64,000 nucleotides of DNA, from NCBI GenBank assembly GCA_963791045.1, contig CAWBQK010000007.1, positions 220,524-284,523 on the forward strand. The letters are read 5' to 3'. This document shows, piece after piece, positions 12,012 through 23,407 of the stretch; the first letter of the stretch is position 1, and each line of letters opens with the position of its first letter. Position numbers and translations under genes: made by a program. Origin of the DNA: Candidatus Latescibacterota bacterium. Lineage in GTDB: Bacteria > Krumholzibacteriota > Krumholzibacteriia > WVZY01. The notes beneath the pieces are model-generated. The model searched no databases and was not told the DNA's origin. It saw only the letters and a program-made list of their open reading frames with translations.

Positions 12012-13082
12012 ATGAAGCTTTTTTCCAGAAAAGAATAAATCGTCGGTCGGCCTGGATATCGGTTCGAGCTTGGTCAAGATCGTCGAGATCGACCATTCCA
12101 AAGACGATGCCGGTTCTGAAGAACTATGGCATCGTAAAGCTTCCGCCCGAAGCGATCGTCGAAGGCGAAATCATGGACCGCAGTCTGGTGATCGAAGGAA
12201 TCCAGGAGTGCATGGCCAAGGCGAATATCGAAAGCAGCGATGTCGTGACGGCCGTATCGGGCCGCGCCGTCATCGTTAAGAAGATCGTGATGGACAAGAT
12301 GAATCCCGACGATGCCAAAGAGGCAATCTTCTGGGAAGCGGAACAACACGTTCCGTTCGACATCGATGATGTTTGTCTCGACTTCGAGATTCTCAAAGAG
12401 GATGTCGGCGCCAACCAGATGGAGATCCTCCTCGTCGCCGCAAAAAAAGAAATGGTGGACACCCACGCCAACTTGATCAGGGACGCCGGGTATACAGCCC
12501 GACGATCATCGATGTCGATTCGTTCGCCGTTCAGAACGCGTACGAGTTGACCGAGGAAGACCAGGCAACCGGGTAACGGGACTGATCAACATCGGATCAG
12601 ATGTGACCAATATCAACATCATCCAGAATAACATTCCGCTCTTTACACAGGGACCTCAGTGTTGGAAGCAACGTGTTCATCGAAGCCCTCCAGCGTGAGC
12701 TTGGGGGTGAGCTTCGAGGAAGCGGAGGCGATGGTGAGTGGAGAGTCGGAAATCGAGGACGAAGATCGATGCCGGAAGATCATCGCGGACGCCTGCGAGG
12801 ATCTGTCCATGGGTATCGAAAGATCGATATCATTTCTCAAGACCGCCGGCGATGCCGAAGCAACTCGACGAAGTGGTCTTGAGCGGCGGAGGCGCCCGGG
12901 TTCCCTGGCTCAGAGAAATTCTGGGTGAAAAGCACGACGTCGAATTCAAAGTGAACGACTCCGTGAGCCGGATCAGTCCGGACGAGAAAATGGATTGCCG
13001 GAAGCGGTCGACGAATCTGGAGAAAGTGGCTCCGATGCTCACCGTCTCACTCGGGCTCGCCCTCAGAAGGGAGGGGAACTAA
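12012..13082 (+). CDS. pilM: Type IV pilus assembly protein PilM (frameshifted)
   Basis: VGLDIGSSLVK, AVSGRAVIVKKI, EAEQHVPF, VVLSGGGA and SLGLALR motifs. Confidence 0.85.
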
Positions 13083-13660
13083 ATGATAAGGATTAACCTG
13101 CTCCCACCGGAAGAGAGAAAACGGTCACGGCGTTTGAAGATGCCGTCGTTTTCGGGCGGCGGAGGCGGCGGACCCAAGACCATATGGCTGCATTGCCGGT
13201 CTCGTGGTTTATGTCGGAATGATCGTGGCTATAGCGAGCCTTCAGGCGAAGTCGATAAATGATTTCGACACAAAAATAGCGGAGGCAAAAGAAGAATCCA
13301 AGAGACTTGCGCCGCAGCTCGAAAGAATCAGAAAGCTCACAAAGGAGAGGGAAGAGGTCGACCGGAGACTGGCAGTTATCGCGTCCCTCGATCGTGAGCG
13401 TTATTTCAGGGTTGCGTTGCTCAATGATATCAGCGCCACAACTTCCGGCGAACTCCTGGCTCACTTCGGTCAAGGAAGTCGGCGGAACTCAAATCGCAAT
13501 CGACGGTGTGACGTTTTCGAACTACTTGATTGCCGACTTGATGAACAACCTTGAGAAGTCCGATCGCTTCAATAACGTGAGCCTCAATATAGCGCAGGAG
13601 GGTCACATGATGGATAACAAGGTGATCAAGTTTACTTTGAATTCGAGGATAGCACCCTAG
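13083..13660 (+). CDS. pilN: Type IV pilus assembly protein PilN (frameshifted)
   Basis: N-terminal MIRINLLP motif, TM helix, coiled coil; position between pilM and pilO. Confidence 0.8.
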
Positions 13661-13691
13661 CAGGCGTGACGGTTACGAAGAAAGGTCTGTC

Positions 13692-14315
13692 ATGAATCTG
13701 AGAGATCCGAAAATACAAAAAATCCTCGTGGTGGCGATTGCGATTATTGCCGTGAGCTATGTCTATTTCGGGACCACGCTGCTTCCGTTCTGTTACCAGG
13801 TTCGGAAGAATCATATTGCACAACTCGAGGATGAGTATACCAAGCTCAACGCAGAACTCGAAAAAGCGCAGAAGATGGTAGGAAACCTTGCAAAGCTCGA
13901 GGCCGAGTACGAGCGCCTGCATCTGCAGTGGATGTCGGCCCAGGAACTTCTGCCTCTCGAACAAGAAATGCCCGACCTGTTGAGGAAAGTGACGACAGCG
14001 GGGAACAAGGCCGGGGTAGAGTTCATGCTTTTCCAGCCCAGGGCGGTTGTCGTGCAGGAGCTTTTCAAGGAACACCCCGTCAATGTCCGCGTAAGGGGCG
14101 GATACCACCAGCTGGGGATTTTCCTGAGCAGGTTGGCCAACATGTCACGAATAGTCAATGTCCAGGAACTAAAAGTCAACGCTCTCGCCACAAATTCCGA
14201 GGGTAAAAAGAACAAGACGGACCGATACCGCGGGACCGTCGTCGCTGATTTTTCGCTGAGCGCCTACACCCTGCTCGAAGGAGCCCAAAATGAGACTGCG
14301 CCTCAAGAACAATAG
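13692..14315 (+). CDS. pilO: Type IV pilus assembly protein PilO
   Basis: LLP..EMPDLL and GGYHQLGIFL..L..M.RIVNV motifs; synteny. Confidence 0.9.
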   Translation: MNLRDPKIQKILVVAIAIIAVSYVYFGTTLLPFCYQVRKNHIAQLEDEYTKLNAELEKAQKMVGNLAKLEAEYERLHLQWMSAQELLPLEQEMPDLLRKVTTAGNKAGVEFMLFQPRAVVVQELFKEHPVNVRVRGGYHQLGIFLSRLANMSRIVNVQELKVNALATNSEGKKNKTDRYRGTVVADFSLSAYTLLEGAQNETAPQEQ

Positions 14316-14760
14316 CAGAGCGGCACTTGGATCGATTGTGGCGGCCGCCGTGGCCGCGGCGATCCTCTTCCAGTCCGCGACACCGCTTGCTGATTCGAAC
14401 CAGCCGGCGCCAAAGAAAAAGGTCAAGCTGAGAGACAACAGCTACTACTACAGCGCTTTCAACAAGAGAGACCCGTTCGAGTCTCTCATCGTCGGCAATT
14501 TCGTCAGCGAAAAGAAAATGCCGGTCGTGGATGTTGGCCGCGTCGTTCTTGTTGGGGTCGTCAAGGGTGAGTTGGATCGATTCGCTCTGCTCGAAGACGA
14601 CAAGGGATTTAGTTACATCCTCCGCGTCGGCGACGAAGTCAAGAATGGCTCCGTAGTCGCCATAGGTGACCGGTCTGTGGTCGCGCGAGTGACCAACTTT
14701 GGTCAGACCAAAAAGTTCACTCTGCATCTTGCCAAACGAGAAGAAGGAGAGCTGAAATGA
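14290..14760 (+). CDS. pilP: PilP-like protein
   Basis: RDPF motif; position between pilO and pilQ. Confidence 0.7.
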   Translation: MRLRLKNNSRAALGSIVAAAVAAAILFQSATPLADSNQPAPKKKVKLRDNSYYYSAFNKRDPFESLIVGNFVSEKKMPVVDVGRVVLVGVVKGELDRFALLEDDKGFSYILRVGDEVKNGSVVAIGDRSVVARVTNFGQTKKFTLHLAKREEGELK

Positions 14761-16703
14761 GAAAGATTTTCGTGACTCGTCGTTCCGTTGTCACTGCGTT
14801 GCTGCTGGGGGTGCTCATAATGGGTACTTCTGTGCAGGGTGACACATCTCAAATCTGTGCTCTCGATGTCGTGAAGGATGCAGAAGGCTCGTCGAGCTAT
14901 GTCATCTCAAAGACGGGGGCCGTAGAAGTCCAGGAATTCATGATGGACGATCCTCCTCGCCTCGTTGTTGATTTCATCGGTGCGACGTACCAGATGACGG
15001 AGATGTCCTTTGAGGGCGACGGAGCTGTCGTCGACCGCGTGAGGTCGAGCCAGTTTTCCGAGGACCCAAATCTCGTCGTTCGTGTCGTATTCGACTTGAA
15101 ATACAAAGCGGAATACACGCTCGTCAAGGAAGATGACGCGGTTCGTATCCGGTTTGTCTCGAAGGTTAAGCCGACACTCAAACCGACGAGCGTCGAGCCC
15201 GTTGAGCAGGCCGCCGCCCCGGCGACACAGCCGGCGACACAGCCGGTGCAGCCGGCGCCTCAGCGACGGGTGATGCAGAGCTCGATGGAACCCGTTGGCA
15301 GTCTGACGCCGCTGGTCGAGCAAAAACCGGCGCCGGTCAAGAGCGAGACGGTGAATCCGCTGTTCGCCAGCTCGAAGCCGGCCGAGACAGTCAAGCCCGA
15401 GCCCGCGAAGGCCGTCCCCGTCAACGCAACCGAAAACGTTTCGATGCGCTCGTGGGACACTAAGAACACGGCAAGCAACAGCCAGCCCGTTACCACGGTA
15501 CAGCCCCTTCCGGCGTACGCGGCGAGCAGCGGTCTGGTCAAAAACAAGAGTATTACTATAGATGTTCAGGACGCTGATATTCAGACCGTCCTCCACAGCC
15601 TCTCCGAGTTCTCCGAGATGAACATCATTGCGGGTCCGGAAGTAGAGGGCGAAGTGACCGCGCATCTCAAGAACGTTCCATGGCAGCAGGCGATGGACAT
15701 CATTCTCAAGGCGCACGGATTCGGATACCGTGAAGAGTACGGAATGATCCGCGTGTCGACCGTCGAGAAGCTCACCAAGGAAGAGCTGGAGATCCAGGCC
15801 GCGGAGCGCCAGAGAGATGAATTGCTCCCGCTCGAAACAAAAATTATCGAGATCAGTTTTGCCAACGCGGGGGAGATGAGGGATGCGCTCAAAGAGATCC
15901 TCACCCAGCGCGGAAGTATGGAAATCGAGTCGGGCGCCAACGCGCTGATCGTTACCGATATTGCTAAGAATATCGAAAAGATCGGGGCGATGGTTGCGGA
16001 GCTCGACAAGAAAATCAAACAGGTCGAGATCGTCGCCAAGCTCGTCGACGTGGACTTCGAAGCCACACGCGAAATGGGCGTCCAGTGGAATCTCCTGAAC
16101 ATCTCTAACAAAGACGTCAATGGCGTTGGAGATCTCAGAATCCACGCGCCTGCCGCGTCGCCGACCGGGCAGCTCCGCATAGGAACCGTCCAGTCGTGGG
16201 GTGAAGTGCAGGCGATCATCGACATGATGGAGAAAGAAAACAAGGCGAACATCATCTCGAACCCTAGAATCGTAACCGCCGACAACCGTGAAGCGAGCAT
16301 TCTAGTAGGTAAAGAGATTCCATTGATCGTATCCGACGAAGCGGGTAACCCGATTACCGAGCTGACAAAGATCGGTATCATTCTTCGCGTGACCCCGCAC
16401 GTCAACTCGGATCGGACCATCACGCTGGACCTTCATCCCGAAGTCAGTGATCTCGCCTCCCAGGCTACCGTCCAGGGTGGTGTTGTCATCGTGCTCAGCG
16501 AGGCGGATACCCGAGTCGTCGTGGGCGATGGAGACACAGCGGTTATCGGTGGACTCATCAGCGAAGTCGAAAGCAAGTATGTAAACGGCGTGCCGATCCT
16601 TAAGGACATTCCGCTTCTCGGTGGTCTGTTCAGGCTCACAAACGACGTAAAGAAAAAACGCGAACTGGTTATCTTCGTGACACCGAAGATCATCGACAGT
16701 TAA
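14757..16703 (+). CDS. pilQ: Type IV pilus secretin PilQ with N-terminal AMIN domain
   Basis: PPRLVVDF AMIN motif, Pro/Ala linker, NVPWQQAMD and C-terminal GVPILKDIPLLGGLF...ELVIFVTPKII. Confidence 0.95.
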   Translation: MRKIFVTRRSVVTALLLGVLIMGTSVQGDTSQICALDVVKDAEGSSSYVISKTGAVEVQEFMMDDPPRLVVDFIGATYQMTEMSFEGDGAVVDRVRSSQFSEDPNLVVRVVFDLKYKAEYTLVKEDDAVRIRFVSKVKPTLKPTSVEPVEQAAAPATQPATQPVQPAPQRRVMQSSMEPVGSLTPLVEQKPAPVKSETVNPLFASSKPAETVKPEPAKAVPVNATENVSMRSWDTKNTASNSQPVTTVQPLPAYAASSGLVKNKSITIDVQDADIQTVLHSLSEFSEMNIIAGPEVEGEVTAHLKNVPWQQAMDIILKAHGFGYREEYGMIRVSTVEKLTKEELEIQAAERQRDELLPLETKIIEISFANAGEMRDALKEILTQRGSMEIESGANALIVTDIAKNIEKIGAMVAELDKKIKQVEIVAKLVDVDFEATREMGVQWNLLNISNKDVNGVGDLRIHAPAASPTGQLRIGTVQSWGEVQAIIDMMEKENKANIISNPRIVTADNREASILVGKEIPLIVSDEAGNPITELTKIGIILRVTPHVNSDRTITLDLHPEVSDLASQATVQGGVVIVLSEADTRVVVGDGDTAVIGGLISEVESKYVNGVPILKDIPLLGGLFRLTNDVKKKRELVIFVTPKIIDS

Positions 16704-16830
16704 TCGCAAAGGTTGATCGTCGTCCGGTCCGCAACAGGCGGCGGGGCAAGACACAGTGCTTGCCTCGCCGCCTTCTTGCGTTTATGGTCGATAGGGGACG
16801 GATGCCGCGTTGGTTTCTCAAGGAGTCAGA

Positions 16831-17406
16831 ATGGTGGCGCATCGATATTTGAAAACGAGGGTACTCGCGGGGACATTGAAGGGCAGGGTGCTGTCCTATC
16901 CCGACGATCGGCGCCTGCGCCCGACAATGCAGCGGACCAAAGACTCGGTGTTCGAATCGCTCGGGAATCGTGTCGCCGGCGCCGTATTTGTCGACCTGTA
17001 CGCGGCGGCCGGTGGAATCGGTCTCGAGGCTCTGAGCCGGGGAGCCGCGCAGGTTCATTTTGTCGAGAACGACAGGACGGCTCTCGGTTGTCTAGGGGAG
17101 AACCTCGCCGCTTGTGACATCCCCGCCGAGGGGGGAATTGTCCACCCCGGTCCGGTGATGGATTTTCTTCTGTCCGGCGGCTTGCGTGATACGGACCCGC
17201 ATATTGTTTTTGCCGACCCTCCCTACGCATCCGGGGACACGCGTCTTTTGCTGGAGTTCTTCGCCGGCATAGATTACCCTGTGAAGGCTCTGCTGATTCT
17301 TGAGCATCACAAAGATGCCGTGGACGACAAGTCCGTCGAGAATCTGGGGCGCACAAAGTTCAAGAAATTTGGCCAGAGTTGCGTGAGTTACTTCGAATTG
17401 ATGTGA
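16831..17406 (+). CDS. rsmD: 16S rRNA m2G966 methyltransferase RsmD-like
   Basis: LRPT, DLYAAAGGIGLEALSRGA, DPPY; adjacent to coaD. Confidence 0.85.
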   Translation: MVAHRYLKTRVLAGTLKGRVLSYPDDRRLRPTMQRTKDSVFESLGNRVAGAVFVDLYAAAGGIGLEALSRGAAQVHFVENDRTALGCLGENLAACDIPAEGGIVHPGPVMDFLLSGGLRDTDPHIVFADPPYASGDTRLLLEFFAGIDYPVKALLILEHHKDAVDDKSVENLGRTKFKKFGQSCVSYFELM

Positions 17407-17417
17407 GGAGGCAAGTG

Positions 17418-17906
17418 ATGACGAAAGCCCTCTACCCGGGAACCTTCGATCCCGTCACGAATGGGCATGTGGATGTGATCAGGAGGGCGAGCAAGCTGTT
17501 CGGGAAGCTCGTCGTGGCGGTGGCAAAAGGGGTACACAAGGACACGACCTTTTCGCTTGCAACGAGGAAGCGTCTCCTCACGGAGTGCACAAAAGATTTG
17601 AAGAACGTCGAAGTTGTTTCGCTTCCCGGGCTTCTTGCCGAACAGTGCAAAAAGATGGAAGTCGATGTTGTTATTCGAGGGCTGAGAGCCTTGTCTGATT
17701 TCGAGTACGAGATGATGATGGCCCTTATGAACCGAAAGCTCTATCCCAACTTCGAGACTATATTTCTAATGCCGAGCGAACAGTACGTTTATCTCCACAG
17801 CTCGACGGTCAAGGAAGTGTTCGCGCTCGGTGGGGACGTTTCGGAGTTCGTGCCGCGGCCGGTTTATGAAGCGTTCAACCGCCGTAAACGAAGTCTGCGA
17901 AAATAG
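17418..17906 (+). CDS. coaD: Phosphopantetheine adenylyltransferase
   Basis: YPGTFDPVTNGH, RGLRALSDFEYE, SSTVKE; RBS GAGGAGG. Confidence 0.95.
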   Translation: MTKALYPGTFDPVTNGHVDVIRRASKLFGKLVVAVAKGVHKDTTFSLATRKRLLTECTKDLKNVEVVSLPGLLAEQCKKMEVDVVIRGLRALSDFEYEMMMALMNRKLYPNFETIFLMPSEQYVYLHSSTVKEVFALGGDVSEFVPRPVYEAFNRRKRSLRK

Positions 17907-17921
17907 CGGCGAACGGGGGCG

Positions 17922-17950
17922 TTGACGTACAGGTGCGGGGCTGCTATGAT
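17922..17950 (+). promoter_or_regulatory. sigma70-type promoter upstream of obgE
   Basis: TTGACG-N17-TATGAT with extended TG. Confidence 0.6.
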
Positions 17951-18059
17951 GGTCGTCCCGTCATTAGATTTCCTCCCTATTTAAATTGATTCGCCCGACG
18001 TGGGTTCAGTCGAACTGTCGCTCCGCGGTTGAGAAAATGAACACCGCTCGGGTCGATGA

Positions 18060-19049
<990 letters not shown>

Positions 19050-19056
19050 TTTTGTA

Positions 19057-20160
19057 TTGGGGGTGGTGTGTGTGGGTCGGTCTTACTATCCTGTTCTTGC
19101 GTTGTTGTTGTCGGAGGGTATTGGCGGGACGGATTGTTTTCGTCTTCCGAAGGATCCTTGCCGAATATTCGATCTTCTCCAGACGGTGGAGGGGAGGCGA
19201 GAGCTCTCTTTTATCCTCTGCAAACCCGTGCTCGATATTCCGTGGAAACTTTTTGATGCCCACCTGGAAGCAATAGAGAGGTCGGGCGCGGGAGTGATCA
19301 CCTGTCTCGACGACGATTACCCCGTTTGCTTCGGGGAAATACCGGAGTCGCCGGCGATCCTGTTTTTCAAGGGTGATGCGTCGTTGCTTTCACACAGGGG
19401 TGTTGCGATCGTGGGGAGCCGTAATGCGTCGGTTCGAGGGGTGGCATTCACGCGCTCTCTTGCCGCCGATCTCGCGCGTCTCGATATCCCGGTGGTGAGC
19501 GGAGCCGCACGAGGGATCGATGCCGCCGCCCACAGGGGCGCTTTGGACGGGAAAGGTGACACGGTCGCCGTCGTCGGTACGGGTATCGACGTGCCGTATC
19601 CGCCGGAGAACGTGGAACTTCTTGAGTCGATTGCGGAGGATGGGTGTGTCGTCACGGAGCAGCTGACCGGGGGGCTTCCGTTCAAACACGTGTTCCCGCG
19701 GAGAAACCGCCTGATAAGCGCGCTTTCGCACGTTGTGGTCGTTGTGGAGGCGGCTCGGCGCAGCGGAGCGTTGATCACGGCAAACTGGGCCCTCGAGCAG
19801 GGACGTGACGTTGGGGTGGTCCCGGGATTTCCCGGGGACGACCGGAGCCGGGGCGGCAACCTTTATCTCAAAATGGGGGCCTTCCCGGTTGAGGGAGTCG
19901 ATGATATCATTTCTGCGGTTCCGGCGCTGAAACCGCGGGGCGGGCTGCGTCCGGCGAAGCCGGGGAGAGTCGCGGCGCCCGACCTTCCGGGTAACACGCG
20001 CGGTGTCTTCGACGCACTGGGTTCGAGTCCGGCGGACCCGGATTCGATCGCCCGGCACCTGGGTTTGTCCGCGTCGGAGGTTTTGCAGGCGCTGCTCGAC
20101 CTGGAGATGAAAGGGCTGGTTGACCGAGAACCATCGGGTCTCTATGTGAGATTGGTTTGA
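19057..20160 (+). CDS. dprA: DNA-processing protein DprA
   Basis: AIVGSR, VSGAARGID, FPRRNRLISALS, VVVEA..SGALITA and C-terminal winged helix. Confidence 0.92.
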   Translation: MGVVCVGRSYYPVLALLLSEGIGGTDCFRLPKDPCRIFDLLQTVEGRRELSFILCKPVLDIPWKLFDAHLEAIERSGAGVITCLDDDYPVCFGEIPESPAILFFKGDASLLSHRGVAIVGSRNASVRGVAFTRSLAADLARLDIPVVSGAARGIDAAAHRGALDGKGDTVAVVGTGIDVPYPPENVELLESIAEDGCVVTEQLTGGLPFKHVFPRRNRLISALSHVVVVVEAARRSGALITANWALEQGRDVGVVPGFPGDDRSRGGNLYLKMGAFPVEGVDDIISAVPALKPRGGLRPAKPGRVAAPDLPGNTRGVFDALGSSPADPDSIARHLGLSASEVLQALLDLEMKGLVDREPSGLYVRLV

Positions 20161-20248
20161 TTGGCGTCGCTTCGGACGGAGGGATGAGAAGGGCTGAGGA
20201 GAAGCGAGATGTAATCGGCGGGGACGAACTCGAGCCAAAGAGGGAATT

Positions 20249-21205
20249 GTGATCGCGGATATGGGAAAGAACCAGCCGGGCAATGAAAAATCGCGGTTGA
20301 GCGTCGGTAAACGTTTATCGCACAGGATCGAATGGGTTCTCACGATATTTCTCATTGGCGTGTGTTCGATCGTTCCGCTCGGCGCGCTAAGACGCGGTGG
20401 TGCGGGGATTGGCTGGTTCGCATATCGGGTTCTCAAGGCAAGGCGCAAGGTCGTCGTCGGCAATATCGAGAAATCATTCCCCGGCATGCCCGCGAAAGAA
20501 GTGGATGCCGTCGCTCTCGAATCATATCAGCAGTATGGAATGGCGCTGATGGAGTTCGGCGCGTTCCACTCGATCACGAGAGAAAAACTTTTTGACATGG
20601 TCGATGTAGAAGGTATCGACAACCTCGACAAGGCGCTCGATCACGGCAAGGGCGCGGTTCTCTTTACCGGGCATTTTGGAAACTGGGAGCTTTTGGGCGC
20701 CGTTATCGGGCAGAGCGGATACCCTCTCCATGTGACGGACACGAATCACAGCAACAAGATCGTTCACAAACTGATATCCGGGCTGCGGATCAAACAGAAA
20801 ATGAAAATCATTTCTGTGACCGAACCGTTTTCACGCTTCAACGATCTGCTGTTGTCAAATTGTTTTGTCGCATATCTCGCCGATCAGGACGCGCGCAACC
20901 ACGGGATCTTTGTCGACTTTATGGGAAGGCCGGCGTCGACGGTTCGAGGTCCCGCGATTTTTGCGATAAGGAACGGCTCTCCCATCGTCGCAACTTTTAT
21001 GATTCGTGATGGATACGACAAACACAAAGCGGTGTTCGAGGAGCCGATATGGCCCGATCCCGCCCTGACCGGGCGTGAGGCGGTCGAGGATTTGACCCAA
21101 CGGTTCACCGGTGTTCTTGAAAAATATGTGCGGGAGTATCCCGGTCACTATTTCTGGATGCACCGGCGGTGGAAGACCGCGCCGCCGGTGCGGAAGAACG
21201 GATAA
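20249..21205 (+). CDS. Lipid A late acyltransferase (LpxL/HtrB family)
   Basis: GHFGNWE, ADQD, YFWMHRRWK. Confidence 0.9.
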   Translation: MIADMGKNQPGNEKSRLSVGKRLSHRIEWVLTIFLIGVCSIVPLGALRRGGAGIGWFAYRVLKARRKVVVGNIEKSFPGMPAKEVDAVALESYQQYGMALMEFGAFHSITREKLFDMVDVEGIDNLDKALDHGKGAVLFTGHFGNWELLGAVIGQSGYPLHVTDTNHSNKIVHKLISGLRIKQKMKIISVTEPFSRFNDLLLSNCFVAYLADQDARNHGIFVDFMGRPASTVRGPAIFAIRNGSPIVATFMIRDGYDKHKAVFEEPIWPDPALTGREAVEDLTQRFTGVLEKYVREYPGHYFWMHRRWKTAPPVRKNG

Positions 21206-21218
21206 CCCGGGACCGCGG

Positions 21219-21542
21219 TCAAGTTTTGGGCTGGTCGTCGTCCGTGGGAGCCGTCTGGAATCCGATGGGCGCCTTGCTCGGATCCATCGGCGCGACGGGG
21301 ATCTTCCCATGCTCTCCTTCATATTTTGAGATGTTGTTCTGGAGCGTCGTCATGAGGGCCTTGGCGCTCTGCGGTGTCATCAGAATACGCGAAAAGACCT
21401 TCGCCTTTTTGACCCCGGGGAGCATCCGGGCAAAATCGACGATAAACTCTGAGTTGGAGTGGGTGACGATCACGAAGTTCGAATAAATGCCTTCCCACTC
21501 TTTGTCGCCAATTTCGATATTGACGGTGTGTTGCTGGTTCAC
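21219..21542 (-). CDS. DUF3467 family protein
   Basis: EGIYSNFVIVTHSNSEFIVDFARMLPG...SRILMTPQSAK; GTG start with GGAGG RBS. Confidence 0.85.
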   Translation of the reverse strand: MNQQHTVNIEIGDKEWEGIYSNFVIVTHSNSEFIVDFARMLPGVKKAKVFSRILMTPQSAKALMTTLQNNISKYEGEHGKIPVAPMDPSKAPIGFQTAPTDDDQPKT

Positions 21543-21805
21543 GGACAACCTCCTATAGGCCTGTTTCAGGTGTCGGACCCCCAATCTACCACAAAGAACA
21601 GGGTGACTCAACAGGGGAGCAAGAATGGAGCGCGCCGGACGGGGTAAAGCGTCGACACGACACCCGTCAGGGCGGGAAGAACGCCAAACCACTTGACACT
21701 GTTCGCACCCGTATGCTAATGTGACTTTCCAATTTACGGCGACGAAGGTATTTCGTTAGGGGCTTCACTCCGAAGGTCCTTAATTTTTTTTCGCGATATT
21801 CTATC

Positions 21806-22798
21806 ATGTTTACGACCGGTTTAAATAGAACCCGCGTTGAGGCGTATCTTGATCGGTTTGCCTCTTGTCGTGTGGCCGTTCTCGGTGATGTCATGCTGGA
21901 CCGGTACTACTGGGGCAGGGTTGATCGTATTTCCCCCGAAGCTCCGGTGCCCGTCGTACGCGTAACTCGTCGAAGCGCGCATCTCGGCGGCGCGGCCAAT
22001 GTAGCGTCGAACCTCCGCGCGCTCGGCGTGCAGGTAACGCTGGTCGGTTTGGCGGGCGACGACGCGGCGTGCGGCGAGATCCGTTCTCTTCTCGATGCGA
22101 ACGAAATAGGGCACACGTGTCTTCGCGCCGAGGGTGGGCGGGAGACCACGGAAAAGGTGCGTATAATCGCCCAGAGCCAACAGGTCGTCCGCGCCGATTT
22201 CGAGGCTGAAACACCGCTCTCCAACCAAAGCCGGGACGCATTTTTGGAGCGTCTTGTAGATGGCGTGGACGACTTCGACGCGCTGATCGTCTCTGATTAT
22301 GGAAAGGGAGTTGTCCAGGAAGATTATCTCGGCGAAATCATCCGGCTTTGGCGTACCAAGGACAAACCCGTACTCGTCGATCCACACATCGGTCACTTCA
22401 CGTGGTACCGGGGCGCCGCCGTGATGACGCCCAACACAAAGGAAGCGGCGAGTTTCTACGGAATGAAACTCGATCTGGAGGAGATGCTTTCCAGTGTCGG
22501 GTTCCGGATGCGCGAAGAGCTCGAACTCGGAGCGCTGTTGATAACGCGGGGCGAGGATGGGATGAGTCTATTCGTAGAGGATGACAAACAGATACACATT
22601 CCGACGGTAGCCGAGGAGGTGTACGATGTCACGGGCGCCGGCGATACGGTGATCAGTATCCTGGCGGCGGCCATCGGTTCCGGGACGCCCATGATCGACG
22701 CGGTGGTTATCGCAAATCATGGCGCCGGCGAGGTGGTCAAGGATGTCGGGACGTCAACGGCAACTAGAGATAAGATTTCTAAGTCATTTGAATTATAG
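21806..22798 (+). CDS. hldA: D-glycero-beta-D-manno-heptose-7-phosphate kinase (RfaE domain I)
   Basis: GDVMLDRY, RISPEAPVPV, GGAANVA, SDYGKG, DVTGAGDTV. Confidence 0.93.
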   Translation: MFTTGLNRTRVEAYLDRFASCRVAVLGDVMLDRYYWGRVDRISPEAPVPVVRVTRRSAHLGGAANVASNLRALGVQVTLVGLAGDDAACGEIRSLLDANEIGHTCLRAEGGRETTEKVRIIAQSQQVVRADFEAETPLSNQSRDAFLERLVDGVDDFDALIVSDYGKGVVQEDYLGEIIRLWRTKDKPVLVDPHIGHFTWYRGAAVMTPNTKEAASFYGMKLDLEEMLSSVGFRMREELELGALLITRGEDGMSLFVEDDKQIHIPTVAEEVYDVTGAGDTVISILAAAIGSGTPMIDAVVIANHGAGEVVKDVGTSTATRDKISKSFEL

Positions 22799-22826
22799 CG
22801 TATAAGGCGATCAGGTGATGTTGGTT

Positions 22827-23297
22827 ATGAGGCGATTGATCCCGAGGGACAATCTGGCAGTGACGTTTGAAGGGCTTCGGCGGGATGGGAAGCGAATCGT
22901 TTTTACCAACGGTTGTTTCGATCTGCTGCACCCGGGACATATTAGCTTGTTGTCGCGCTCTGCCTGTGAGGGCGACGTGCTGCTCGTCGCGATAAACGAC
23001 GACGCTTCGGTCCGTGCTCTCAAAGGTGATACCCGGCCCATTTACCCCGCCGAAGAACGCGCGGAAATCCTTCTCGCGCTCCGGTGGGTGGATTATGTGA
23101 CGGTGTTTCCCGAGGCCACGCCGCTCGAGACCATCGAACAAGTCAAACCCGACGTTCTCATCAAGGGTGCTGAGTACAAACAAGATGAGATAGTCGGCGC
23201 CGATTTCGTCAAAAGAAACGGCGGGTGTGTGGTGAGGATTCCAATGAAAGCGGGTCATTCGACGCGCGGGCTCGTGCGGCGGATGGCGGAGCCATAA
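22827..23297 (+). CDS. hldC: Heptose-1-phosphate adenylyltransferase (RfaE domain II)
   Basis: VFTNGCFDLLHPGH, LKG..RP, PDVLIKG. Confidence 0.93.
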   Translation: MRRLIPRDNLAVTFEGLRRDGKRIVFTNGCFDLLHPGHISLLSRSACEGDVLLVAINDDASVRALKGDTRPIYPAEERAEILLALRWVDYVTVFPEATPLETIEQVKPDVLIKGAEYKQDEIVGADFVKRNGGCVVRIPMKAGHSTRGLVRRMAEP

Positions 23298-23407
23298 AAC
23301 GATTTTTGTCGGTGGGCGGATTTGTTCTCGCCCTGGTTTTTAATAAATCACTCAGAACAACGATTTCAAAATGGCAACGTCGTTGCCGAAAGAAAAGGAA
23401 GGCCGAG

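Noticed and set aside
2236..13660. Programmed frameshifting or phase variation of pilus genes
   Set aside because: Too many indels per gene, not at long repeats or recognisable slippery sites; read error is more parsimonious.
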